Assembly (NCBI GenBank): GCA_024235855.1
Contig: JACKLN010000013.1
Location: 2,950-66,949, forward strand
DNA: 64,000 bases
Source: Burkholderiaceae bacterium
Lineage (GTDB): Bacteria; Pseudomonadota; Gammaproteobacteria; Burkholderiales; Burkholderiaceae_C
Direction of reading: 5' to 3'
The notes beneath the pieces were generated by a model. That model made no database searches. It saw nothing but the letters and a program-made list of their open reading frames with translations, and was not told the origin of the DNA. Positions 28,437 through 36,969 of this stretch are shown in pieces. Position 1 is the stretch's first letter, and each line of letters begins with the position of its first letter. A program made the translations under genes and the position numbers.

Positions 28437-29438
28437 ATGCAGTTGCAACTGCCGCTTTGGCGGCCGCAAGCGGCCAGGGACGCCGCACATGCGGTGCGCG
28501 CCGGCCTGCTGCCGCGGCGTGCGCCTGGCGGCTGGCACAGCCGCGACGCCGCCGTCATGGGCACGGCCATCCACGTCGAACTCTGGGCCGACCGGCGCGC
28601 CGACGCCGAGGCTGCCATCGACGCCGTGATGGCCGAGATGCACCGCATCGACGCCACCTACAGCCCGCACAAGCCCGACTCCGAACTCAGCCGCATCAAC
28701 CGCGACGCCGGCCGCACCGCCGTGCCGGTGAGCGAGGAGACCTACGCCCTGCTGGCGCGGGCGCAGGCCTTCGCCGAACTCAGCGGCGGCGCCTTCGACA
28801 TCAGCTATGCGGCCGTGGGCCGGCTCTACGACTACCGCCGCGGCATCGCGCCCGACGACGCCACGCTGGCGGCCGCGCGGTCGCTGGTGGGCTGGCGCGG
28901 CATCGAACTCGACCCCGCCTCGCGCAGCGTGCGCTTCGCCCGCGACGGCATGTGCATCGACCTCGGCGGCTTCGCCAAGGGCCATGCGGTGGACGGTGCC
29001 GCAGCGCGGCTGAAGGCGCTGGGCATCGGCCACGCCTACGTCAGCGCCGGCGGCGACAGCCGCGTCATCGGCGACCGCCGCGGCCGCCCCTGGAGCGTGG
29101 CCGTGCGCGACCCCCGGCGCGCCGACGGCGTGGCCGCCCTGCTGCCACTGGAAGACTGCGCCGTCTCCACCTCGGGTGACTACGAGCGCTTCTTCGAGCG
29201 TGCCGGCGTGCGCCACCACCACCTGATCGACCCCGCCACCGGGCGCAGCCCGCAGGCGGTGCACAGCGTGACCGTGATCGCCGACGACGGCCTCACCGCC
29301 GAGGCCCTGAGCAAGACGCTGTTCGTACTCGGCCTGGAGCGCGGCATGGCCGCACTGGCGCAGGTGCCCGGTGCCGACGCCGTGGTCATCGACGCCCAGG
29401 GCCGGCTGCACTTCAGCCCCGGCCTGCAGGCCCGCTGA
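28437..29438 (+). CDS. apbE: FAD:protein FMN transferase ApbE
   Basis: VMGT, SELSRIN, GAFDIS, IDLGGFAKGHAVD, AGGD, VSTSGDYERF, HHLIDPATG. Confidence 0.93.
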   Translation: MQLQLPLWRPQAARDAAHAVRAGLLPRRAPGGWHSRDAAVMGTAIHVELWADRRADAEAAIDAVMAEMHRIDATYSPHKPDSELSRINRDAGRTAVPVSEETYALLARAQAFAELSGGAFDISYAAVGRLYDYRRGIAPDDATLAAARSLVGWRGIELDPASRSVRFARDGMCIDLGGFAKGHAVDGAAARLKALGIGHAYVSAGGDSRVIGDRRGRPWSVAVRDPRRADGVAALLPLEDCAVSTSGDYERFFERAGVRHHHLIDPATGRSPQAVHSVTVIADDGLTAEALSKTLFVLGLERGMAALAQVPGADAVVIDAQGRLHFSPGLQAR

Positions 29439-29467
29439 TTCACTCCATCCAGGCAGGAGGACGACCC

Positions 29468-32400
29468 ATGACACCGCAGACAGACGCCACACGAACACCT
29501 TCGGCGGCCCGCCCGAGAGTCCATGCCGGCCGGGGCCTGCGCCCGCGCGCCGCCGGCGTGGGGCTGGCCGCCGTGATCGTCAGTGCCCTCGCGCTCGTGG
29601 CCTGCCAGGGCAGCACCGAGGGTGAAGGCAGCGCCACCGCGCAGGGCGACGTGCCCCTGGTCTACGCCAAGCGCGTCAACACCGTGAACCTGGCCGCGCT
29701 GCACGGCACGCCCTTCGTGGCCGGTGGCGACCTGATGCTGCGCGAGAAGTCCAGCCCCAGCGCGCCGGAGCACAACCTCACCGCCCACATCACGCAGGGC
29801 AACGGCGACGCGTCCGACCCCGAGGTCTCGTACGACGGGAAGAAGGTCGCCTTCGCGTTGCGCTGCCCCACCAGCAACACGGCCACCATCGACGGCCAGC
29901 CCGCCTGCACGGGCCGCTGGAACATCTGGGAATACGACATGTCGGGCGGCAGCCTGACCGGCGGCACGCTGCGCCGCATCACCGCCAGCACCGCCCACGA
30001 CGACGTCGACCCCGCCTACCTGCCCGCCGGCCGCGGCTTCGTGTTCGCGTCGAACCGGCAGGTCAAGTCGTCGCTCAACCAGGCCCTGGGCCGCGCCTAC
30101 CACGCGCTGGACGAGTACGAGCGCGAGCGCGTGCTGAACCTGCACACGATGGCCGCCGACGGCAGCAACATCCAGCAGATCACCTTCAACCAGAGCCACG
30201 ACCGCAACCCCGTCGTGCGCGCCAACGGCGACATCATGTTCTCGCGCTGGGAGCACGTGGCCGACCGCAACCGCTTCGCGATCTTCCGCACCAAGCCCGA
30301 CGGCACCGACCTCTTCGTGCTCTACGGTGCCCAGAGCCCGGGCAACAGCTTCCTGCACCCGCGCGAGATGGACCCGAGCGGCCCCTACGCCGGCTACGTG
30401 GCCTCGTCGCTGGTGCCGCTGAGCCGCGAGCAGGAAGGCGGCGCGCTGATGTTCATCGACGCGGCCAACTACTCCGAGCAGAACACGCCGGCCAACCGCA
30501 CCGTGCCGGCCCAGGGCGGCCAGCGCCAGGCGACGGCCGAGACGCTGGACAACGACCGCGGCCTGTCGCTCAACGGCCGAGCCACCAGCCCCTACCCGCT
30601 GTGGGACGGCACGAACCGCGTGCTGGTCTCGTGGCGGCCCTGCGAGGTGCTGCGCGGCACCGACCTCGTGCCCTGCGCCACGCTGACCCCCGACGAACTC
30701 GCCCGCCTTTCGGACGACAACCGCAGCGACGCCGAGGTGGCCGCCGACGAACTCAGCGCCGACGTGCCGGCTTCCTATGCCGTCTACATGTTCGACCCGG
30801 TGCCGCAGACCTGGCTGATCGTGGCCGCGCCGCCGCCGGGCTTCATGCTCGTGGACCCGGTGCCGCTGCAGCCGCGCACCGAGCCGGCCGCCCCCGAGCC
30901 CACCAACGTGGACCCGGCACTGGCCGCACAGGACCTGGCCTTGATCGAGGTGCGCAGCGTCTACGACACCGACGGCCTGCGCCGCATGGGCGAGCCCATG
31001 CTCACCGCGGCCGACCTCGCCCCTGGCTGCAGCGCCGGCATCGCCACCACGGCACCGGAGGAACCGGGCGACACGCGGGCCTTCGTGGCCGACCTGCGCC
31101 GCATCAAGGACCCGGCCGACCCGGCCTACCACTGCGCGCCCGTGCGCTTCATCCGCGCCGTGCGTGCCGTCTCGCCGCCGGCCGGCGGCATGGGCACGCG
31201 CCAGGCCATCGGCGAGACCAACTTCGAGCCGCAGCAGATCCTGGGCTACAGCGTGGTCGAGCCCGACGGCAGCTTCAAGCTGCAGGTGCCGGCCGACGTG
31301 CCGCTGGGACTGCAGGTCGTGGACGCCGAGGGCCGCGCCTTCCAGACCCACACCAACTGGATCCAGGTGCGTCCGGGCGAGCGCCGCACCTGCGACGGCT
31401 GCCACAGCCCGCGCCGCGGCGCGGCGCTGAACTCCGGCGCGGTGGCCAACGCCCTGCCCGCGGCGCTGAAGACCACGCTGTCGGCCCAGCACGTGCAGGG
31501 CGAGACCATGGCCAGCCTGCGCACACGGCTGGACGCCACGCTGCTGACCCTGCAGACCGACCCGGTGTTCAGCGACGTCTGGGCCGACACCGCGCAAAGC
31601 GGCGTGCAGGCCCGGGCCGCGCTCTCGCTGCGCTACACCGGCAACCCGGATGCGGCCGACGACCTCGTCACCGCGGTGCCGGCCAACGGCGTCATCAACT
31701 ACCCCGACCACATCCAGCCGTTGTGGACCCGTGCCCGGGGCCCGGAAGGCACGCTCACCTGCACCAACTGCCACGCCGACCCGGCGAAGCTGGACTTGCG
31801 CGGCACGATTGGTGGCGGCGGCCGGCTGACCAGCTACGAGGAACTGCTGATCGGCGACCCGCAGATCGACCCCGTCACCGGCCAGCCGGTGGTGGTGGTG
31901 CGCCAGGGCGTACCGGAACTGCAGCGCCTGGCGCCGCTGGTGGAGACCAGCTCCGGCGCGGCCAACACCGCCGGCCTGGCGCGCAAGAGCCGGCTCACCG
32001 AGATCCTGTGGGGCCAGACCCTGCTGGCCGGCGGCGGCGCACGCACGGCGCACCCCAACCCGCCGGACACGGCGCCCGACCACGCCGCCCTGCTCAATCG
32101 CGCCGAGAAACGCCTGCTGGCCGAGTGGATGGACCTGGGCGGCCAGTACTACAACGACCTCTTCGCCCCCGGCGGCGGCGTGCGCAGCGTGGCCACGCTC
32201 AGCGAAGCCGTGTTCAACACCGAGGTGATGCCGGTGCTGCGCCAGAGCTGCATGGGCGCCTGCCACCAGGCCGGCGGCAGCGACGGGGGCAACGACTTCC
32301 GGTCCAACCGCCTGGTGCTCACCGGCGACCCGGAAGGCGACTTCAACGTCGTGCTCACCATGGTCAACGACACCTGCAACCCGGCGGCCAACCGCCTGCT

Positions 32401-32527
32401 GCAGCGCCCGTCCACCGTGCCGCACCCGGCCGGTGCCGTCACCCAGACCACCCCGGTGCTGGCCCCGGACAGCCTGGGCTACGCCACGCTCGTCAACTGG
32501 ATCGCGCGAGGTTGTCCGTCTTCATGA
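29468..32527 (+). CDS. Large lipoprotein: TolB/PD40-like propeller, hydrazine synthase alpha middle-like domain, c-type heme motifs
   Basis: Lipobox LVAC; DPEVSYDGKKVAF, DVDPAYLP, QITFNQSHD repeats; ILGYSVVEPDGSF...VPADVP...NWIQVRPGERRTCDGCH; CTNCH; CMGACH. Confidence 0.8.
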   Translation: MTPQTDATRTPSAARPRVHAGRGLRPRAAGVGLAAVIVSALALVACQGSTEGEGSATAQGDVPLVYAKRVNTVNLAALHGTPFVAGGDLMLREKSSPSAPEHNLTAHITQGNGDASDPEVSYDGKKVAFALRCPTSNTATIDGQPACTGRWNIWEYDMSGGSLTGGTLRRITASTAHDDVDPAYLPAGRGFVFASNRQVKSSLNQALGRAYHALDEYERERVLNLHTMAADGSNIQQITFNQSHDRNPVVRANGDIMFSRWEHVADRNRFAIFRTKPDGTDLFVLYGAQSPGNSFLHPREMDPSGPYAGYVASSLVPLSREQEGGALMFIDAANYSEQNTPANRTVPAQGGQRQATAETLDNDRGLSLNGRATSPYPLWDGTNRVLVSWRPCEVLRGTDLVPCATLTPDELARLSDDNRSDAEVAADELSADVPASYAVYMFDPVPQTWLIVAAPPPGFMLVDPVPLQPRTEPAAPEPTNVDPALAAQDLALIEVRSVYDTDGLRRMGEPMLTAADLAPGCSAGIATTAPEEPGDTRAFVADLRRIKDPADPAYHCAPVRFIRAVRAVSPPAGGMGTRQAIGETNFEPQQILGYSVVEPDGSFKLQVPADVPLGLQVVDAEGRAFQTHTNWIQVRPGERRTCDGCHSPRRGAALNSGAVANALPAALKTTLSAQHVQGETMASLRTRLDATLLTLQTDPVFSDVWADTAQSGVQARAALSLRYTGNPDAADDLVTAVPANGVINYPDHIQPLWTRARGPEGTLTCTNCHADPAKLDLRGTIGGGGRLTSYEELLIGDPQIDPVTGQPVVVVRQGVPELQRLAPLVETSSGAANTAGLARKSRLTEILWGQTLLAGGGARTAHPNPPDTAPDHAALLNRAEKRLLAEWMDLGGQYYNDLFAPGGGVRSVATLSEAVFNTEVMPVLRQSCMGACHQAGGSDGGNDFRSNRLVLTGDPEGDFNVVLTMVNDTCNPAANRLLQRPSTVPHPAGAVTQTTPVLAPDSLGYATLVNWIARGCPSS

Positions 32528-33135
32528 GTCTTCACCGTCGCGCCTTCTCCCCGGCCGCCCCGCTGGTGGCCACCCTCGTCCTGACGATGGTGGCCGCCTG
32601 CGGTGGCGGCAATCCGCTGGGCAACCCCGACGAGGTGGCCAACCCACCGGCCAGCGGCACCCGCAAGCTCAGCTTCGCGTACTTCCAGCGCTGCGTGCAG
32701 CCCATCCTGGAAGCGCAGTTGCCGATCACGCTCAACGGCGTGACCACCGTCAACAGCTGCGCCAGCAGCGGCTGCCACGACGACACCAACGGCACCGGCG
32801 GCGCGCTGCGCCTGCGCAGCGGCGCGGCGCTGGTGGACCTGACGCTCACGCCCGAGCAGATCCGCGCCACCGAGATGTACCGCAACTTCTACTCGTCGCA
32901 GGGCGAGGTGGTGTTCGGCGACACGCTGGCCAGCCGGCTGATCGCCAAGCCGCTGGTGCGCAACGTGCTGCATGGCGGTGGCCTGGTCTTCGACAGCGAG
33001 GACGACCCCAACGTGCGCATCCTGCGCTACTGGATCGAACACCCCATGCCGGCCGGCCAGGACGAATTCAGTGCCGCCGGCGATGCCCTGTTCACGCCGC
33101 CGGATGCGGCCACCGGCGCGTGCAACGTCGAATGA
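32524..33135 (+). CDS. Lipoprotein with an atypical heme-binding-like motif (CX4CH)
   Basis: Lipobox VAAC; YFQRCVQPIL...SCASSGCH...KPL....HGGG...ILRYWI. Confidence 0.75.
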   Translation: MSLHRRAFSPAAPLVATLVLTMVAACGGGNPLGNPDEVANPPASGTRKLSFAYFQRCVQPILEAQLPITLNGVTTVNSCASSGCHDDTNGTGGALRLRSGAALVDLTLTPEQIRATEMYRNFYSSQGEVVFGDTLASRLIAKPLVRNVLHGGGLVFDSEDDPNVRILRYWIEHPMPAGQDEFSAAGDALFTPPDAATGACNVE

Positions 33136-33914
33136 AGACCCTTCCCTCGCTGCTGGCCGCGTTGGCCCTGCTGGCACCCCTGCTGGTCGCCCAGCCTGCC
33201 CGGGCCGCCGATGACGCGCCGGAGACGGAGCGCGTGCAGGTGGCCACGCCCTACATCGAGCTGCGCACCGGCCCCGGGCGCGGCTACCCGGTGTTCCACG
33301 TGGCCGAGCGCCGCCAATGGGTGGTGATCGAGCTGCGCCGCACCGACTGGTACCGCGTGCGCGTGGAAGGCGCGCGCAGCGCGGCCGGCGAGGCCGTGGT
33401 CGGCTGGGTACCGCGCGAACAGCTCGCCACCACGCTGACCGAAGCCGGCACCGGCAAGAGCTTCCGCGACCTCGTCGTCGACGACTACCTCAGCCGCCGC
33501 ATGGAGATGGGCGCCAGCTGGGGCCGCTTCGAGAAGGAGCCCACGCTCAAGGTCTGGGGTGCCTGGCGCCTGTCGGACACGCTGGCCGCCGAGGTCAGCT
33601 TCGGCCAGGTGCAGGGCCTGTACGCCGGCAGCTCCTGGTGGAGCATGGGCCTGACCAGCGAGCCCTGGTCCCACCAGCGGCTGTCGCCGCACTTCGGCAT
33701 CGGCGTGGGCCGCTTCCGCAACGCGCCCAACCTCAGCCTCGTCAACGCCGAGGCCACCGACGCCAACCAGGCGCAGATGCAGCTGGGCCTGCGCTGGTAC
33801 TTCACGCGCCGTTTCGTCGGCCGGCTGGACTACACGCGCACCACCGCCTTCATCGCCGACGAGCGCAACACCGAGTACCGCGCCTTCACCGCCGGCCTGT
33901 CCTTCTTCTTCTGA
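33132..33914 (+). CDS. SH3b domain plus outer-membrane beta-barrel protein
   Basis: Signal peptide; PYIELRTGPGRGYPVF...TDWYRV...GWV; amphipathic strands ending in AGLSFFF. Confidence 0.8.
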   Translation: MKTLPSLLAALALLAPLLVAQPARAADDAPETERVQVATPYIELRTGPGRGYPVFHVAERRQWVVIELRRTDWYRVRVEGARSAAGEAVVGWVPREQLATTLTEAGTGKSFRDLVVDDYLSRRMEMGASWGRFEKEPTLKVWGAWRLSDTLAAEVSFGQVQGLYAGSSWWSMGLTSEPWSHQRLSPHFGIGVGRFRNAPNLSLVNAEATDANQAQMQLGLRWYFTRRFVGRLDYTRTTAFIADERNTEYRAFTAGLSFFF

Positions 33915-33924
33915 CCGCCACCCC

Positions 33925-34560
33925 ATGCGCCGCACCCTCACCGCCCTGCTGCTCAGTACCACTGCCCTCACCGCCTTGCCGGTGCTGGCACAGACACGCC
34001 CGGCCGACGAACCGCCCATCGTGCCCGAGGTGGAACGGCGCGAACTGCGGCTGCCGCGCTTCCCGTCGCGCGACTTCGAGGTCGGCGCCTTCGTGGGCAC
34101 CTACGCCACCGAGAACTTCGGCGCCAGCGCCGTCTACGGCCTGCGCCTGGGCTACCACCTGACCGAGGACTGGTTCTTCGAGGGCACGTTCGGCAGTACC
34201 CAGGTCAGCGACGCCTCGTTCCGCCAGATCCTGCCCGGCGGCATCTTCACCAGCGAGAAGGAGCGGCTGAGCTACTACAGCGTCTCCGCCGGCTACAACC
34301 TGCTGCCCGGCGAGGTGTTCCTGGGCTCGCGGCAGGCGCGCGCCACCGCCATCTACCTCGTCGGCGGCGTCGGCAGCACCGACTTCGCCGGCCAGAAGCG
34401 GCAGACCTTCCACGTCGGTTTCGGCTGGCGCATCCTGCTCGGCGACCGCGGTGCGCTGCGCGTGGACCTTCGGGACCACATCTTCTCGCTGGACCTGCTG
34501 GGGCAGAACCAGAGCACGCAGAACCTCGAGGCCAGCGTCGGCTTCGGCTTCCATTTCTGA
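33925..34560 (+). CDS. Outer-membrane beta-barrel protein (OmpA-like barrel, GltA/B/H-like by inference)
   Basis: Signal peptide; alternating strands (GLRLGYHLTEDWFFE, GYNLLPGE), C-terminal GFGFHF. Confidence 0.8.
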   Translation: MRRTLTALLLSTTALTALPVLAQTRPADEPPIVPEVERRELRLPRFPSRDFEVGAFVGTYATENFGASAVYGLRLGYHLTEDWFFEGTFGSTQVSDASFRQILPGGIFTSEKERLSYYSVSAGYNLLPGEVFLGSRQARATAIYLVGGVGSTDFAGQKRQTFHVGFGWRILLGDRGALRVDLRDHIFSLDLLGQNQSTQNLEASVGFGFHF

Positions 34561-34571
34561 AGGGGCCGACG

Positions 34572-35042
34572 ATGAAGACCCTGTTCGCCGCCGTGCTGCT
34601 GGCCGCTGCCGCGTCCGTGCACGCCACGCCCGCCCCCGACTTCACGCTCAAGACTCTGGACGGCCCCGCCCTGCGCCTGGCCGAGCAGCGCGGCCAGGTC
34701 GTGCTGGTCAACTTCTGGGCCAGCTGGTGCGCGCCTTGCAAGGTGGAGATGCCGCACCTCAACCGCCTGGCCGACAAGTACCGCGACACCGGCGTGGTAC
34801 TGCTGGCCGTCAACGTCGACGACGACCCGAAGAAGGCGGCGGCCGAGGCCAGGAAGCTCGGCATCAACTTCCCGGTGCTGCTGGACACGGCCAAGACCGC
34901 CAGCAAGGCCTACCAGCTGCAAGCCATGCCCACCACCGTTCTCGTCGACCGCGACGGCAAGGTGCGCCACGTGCATCAGGGCTACCGCGCCGGCTACGAG
35001 CAGACTTACGACGAGCAGCTGCGCGCGCTGGTGAAGGAATGA
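34572..35042 (+). CDS. TlpA-family thiol:disulfide oxidoreductase
   Basis: APDFTL, NFWASWCAPC, AMPTTVLVDRDG. Confidence 0.92.
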   Translation: MKTLFAAVLLAAAASVHATPAPDFTLKTLDGPALRLAEQRGQVVLVNFWASWCAPCKVEMPHLNRLADKYRDTGVVLLAVNVDDDPKKAAAEARKLGINFPVLLDTAKTASKAYQLQAMPTTVLVDRDGKVRHVHQGYRAGYEQTYDEQLRALVKE

Positions 35043-35266
35043 GAGCTGCCACCGTCCTGACGCTGCTGGCTGCGGCCGCCCTGTGCGGCGGCTGCGCCGC
35101 CCCCGAGCCCTGGGTCAAGCCCTACGAGCGCGGCCGCCTGGCCGAGCCGGAGATGCTGTGGACGCGCCAGGCGCTGATCGACAAGCACCGCGAGCACGTG
35201 CACGTGGTGCGCGAGGCGGCGCGCGGCGCCACCGGTGTGCAGGGAGGTGGCTGTGGCTGCAACTAG
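35039..35266 (+). CDS. DUF4266-type small lipoprotein
   Basis: Lipobox; VKPYERGRLA...REAARG...GGGCGCN C-terminus. Confidence 0.85.
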   Translation: MRAATVLTLLAAAALCGGCAAPEPWVKPYERGRLAEPEMLWTRQALIDKHREHVHVVREAARGATGVQGGGCGCN

Positions 35267-36368
35267 CCTGTGGCGCCGTGCGCTGGCCTGGCTCGGTGGC
35301 CTGCTGGCCGTGGCACCGGCCGCCGCGGTCGACGTGCCCGCCGACCGCGCCGAGGCCATGTTCCACGTCTACGACGGTGGCGGCATGACCGCCAGCGGCC
35401 CGGCCTTCCTGGTGCGCAAGAAGCTGGCCGACCGCGTGTCGGCCTCGGCGTCCTATTACGTGGACGCGGTCAGCAATGCGTCCATCGACGTCGTCACCAC
35501 CGCCAGCCCGTTCAAGGAGACGCGCAACGAGGTCGGCCTGGGGCTGGACTGGGCGGTGCGCGACGCGCTGGTCACCGCGTCCTTCAGCCGCAGCGACGAG
35601 CCCGACTACACCGCCAGCACCGTGGGCCTGGACGTGGCGCAGGACATCTTCGGCGGCATGACCACGGTGAACCTGGGGTTCAGCCGCGGCAGCGACACCG
35701 TGCTCAGCGTCACCGACCGCGAGTTCTCGGACTTCGCGCGCCACTGGCAGTACCGCGTGGGCGTCACGCAGATCCTCACGCCGCGCTGGCTGATGAGCGC
35801 CAACCTCGAGGCCGTGGCCGACGAGGGCTTCCTCGGCAGCCCCTACCGCGCCGCGCGCATCTTCGGCGCCGCGGTGCCGGAGCGCCTGCCGCGCACGCGC
35901 TCCGGGCGCGCCGTGAAGCTGCGCGCGCTGGGCGCCGTGGGCGATACCGGTTCCATGCGCGGCGAACTGCGCTACTACTGGGACACCTGGGGCCTGAAGG
36001 CCACCACGGTGGAGCTCGGCGGCGCCAAGCGGCTGGGCGGCGACCTGGACCGCTGGACCGGCGGCTGGCTGGTCGATGCCGCCGTGCGCCTGCACAGCCA
36101 GAACTCGGCGCTCTTCTATGCCGACAACGCCGAGACCGAGACCACCTACCTCACGCGCAACCGCCAGCTCAGCGCCTTCCGCAGCACCGGCATCTTCCTG
36201 CGCGGCCAGCGCCCGCTGAAGCTGGACTGGGGCGGCGCCGACTGGCAGTTCGCCGCCGCCTACGAGTTCAAGCGCTTCAGCTTCAGCGATTTCACCGACC
36301 TCCGCACCGGGGGCGCCTATGCCCACAACGCCCATGTCCTGCAGATCCTGCTTTCGGCGAACTACTGA
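35253..36368 (+). CDS. DUF3570-type outer-membrane beta-barrel protein
   Basis: YYVDAVSNASIDVVTTAS, SDEPDY, GFLGSPYR, PERLP.TR, RYYWDTWG; context with DUF4266/TlpA/ApbE; start tentative. Confidence 0.8.
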   Translation: MAATSLWRRALAWLGGLLAVAPAAAVDVPADRAEAMFHVYDGGGMTASGPAFLVRKKLADRVSASASYYVDAVSNASIDVVTTASPFKETRNEVGLGLDWAVRDALVTASFSRSDEPDYTASTVGLDVAQDIFGGMTTVNLGFSRGSDTVLSVTDREFSDFARHWQYRVGVTQILTPRWLMSANLEAVADEGFLGSPYRAARIFGAAVPERLPRTRSGRAVKLRALGAVGDTGSMRGELRYYWDTWGLKATTVELGGAKRLGGDLDRWTGGWLVDAAVRLHSQNSALFYADNAETETTYLTRNRQLSAFRSTGIFLRGQRPLKLDWGGADWQFAAAYEFKRFSFSDFTDLRTGGAYAHNAHVLQILLSANY

Positions 36369-36969
36369 CGCACTCGCCGCCGCGCTGATGCTGGCCGCGC
36401 TGCCGGCGCTGGCGCAGCAGCCGACCCCGCCGACCACGCCCGTTGCACCCGTCACGGCGCCGGCCACCACCGCACCGGCCACGGCCACGGCACCTGCAGC
36501 GCCGGCTCCGGCAGCCACGCTCGATGCCCGCCTGCAGGCGCTGAAGGCCGACGTCATCGCGCTCAACCGCGACCTGCTGGTGCTGGAGGAGGAACTGCTG
36601 TTCCCCGCCAGCACGCAACTGGCCGTGTTCGTGTCGATGGACGTCGGCCGGCTGTTCGAACTGGAATCGGTGCAGCTGAAGATCGGCGACGAGGTCGTGG
36701 CCTCGCACCTCTACACCCCGCTGGAGGTGCAGGCGCTGCACCGCGGCGGCATGCAGCGGCTGCACCTGGGCAACCTCAAGAGCGGCGAGCACGAGCTGGT
36801 CGCGGTCTTCACCGGCCGCGGCCCGGCGCATGGCGACGACCGGCGCGACTACAAGCGCGGCACCACGCTGACCTTCGAGAAAGGCACCGGCGCCAAGGCC
36901 ATCGAGCTGCGCATCACCGATGCGCAGGCCAAGCTGCAGCCCGAGTTCGAGGTCAAGGTCTGGCCGTGA
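36319..36969 (+). CDS. Secreted coiled-coil plus beta-sandwich hypothetical protein
   Basis: Signal peptide, Pro/Ala/Thr linker, LKADVIALNRDL..LEEELLFP, HLYTPLE..AL.RGG.QRL..GN; true start may be 36334 or 36388. Confidence 0.75.
   Translation: MPTTPMSCRSCFRRTTDALAAALMLAALPALAQQPTPPTTPVAPVTAPATTAPATATAPAAPAPAATLDARLQALKADVIALNRDLLVLEEELLFPASTQLAVFVSMDVGRLFELESVQLKIGDEVVASHLYTPLEVQALHRGGMQRLHLGNLKSGEHELVAVFTGRGPAHGDDRRDYKRGTTLTFEKGTGAKAIELRITDAQAKLQPEFEVKVWP

Noticed and set aside
29468-32527. True hydrazine synthase (anammox)
   Set aside because: No hzsB/hzsC or other anammox genes, and the genomic context is wrong; only domain-level resemblance
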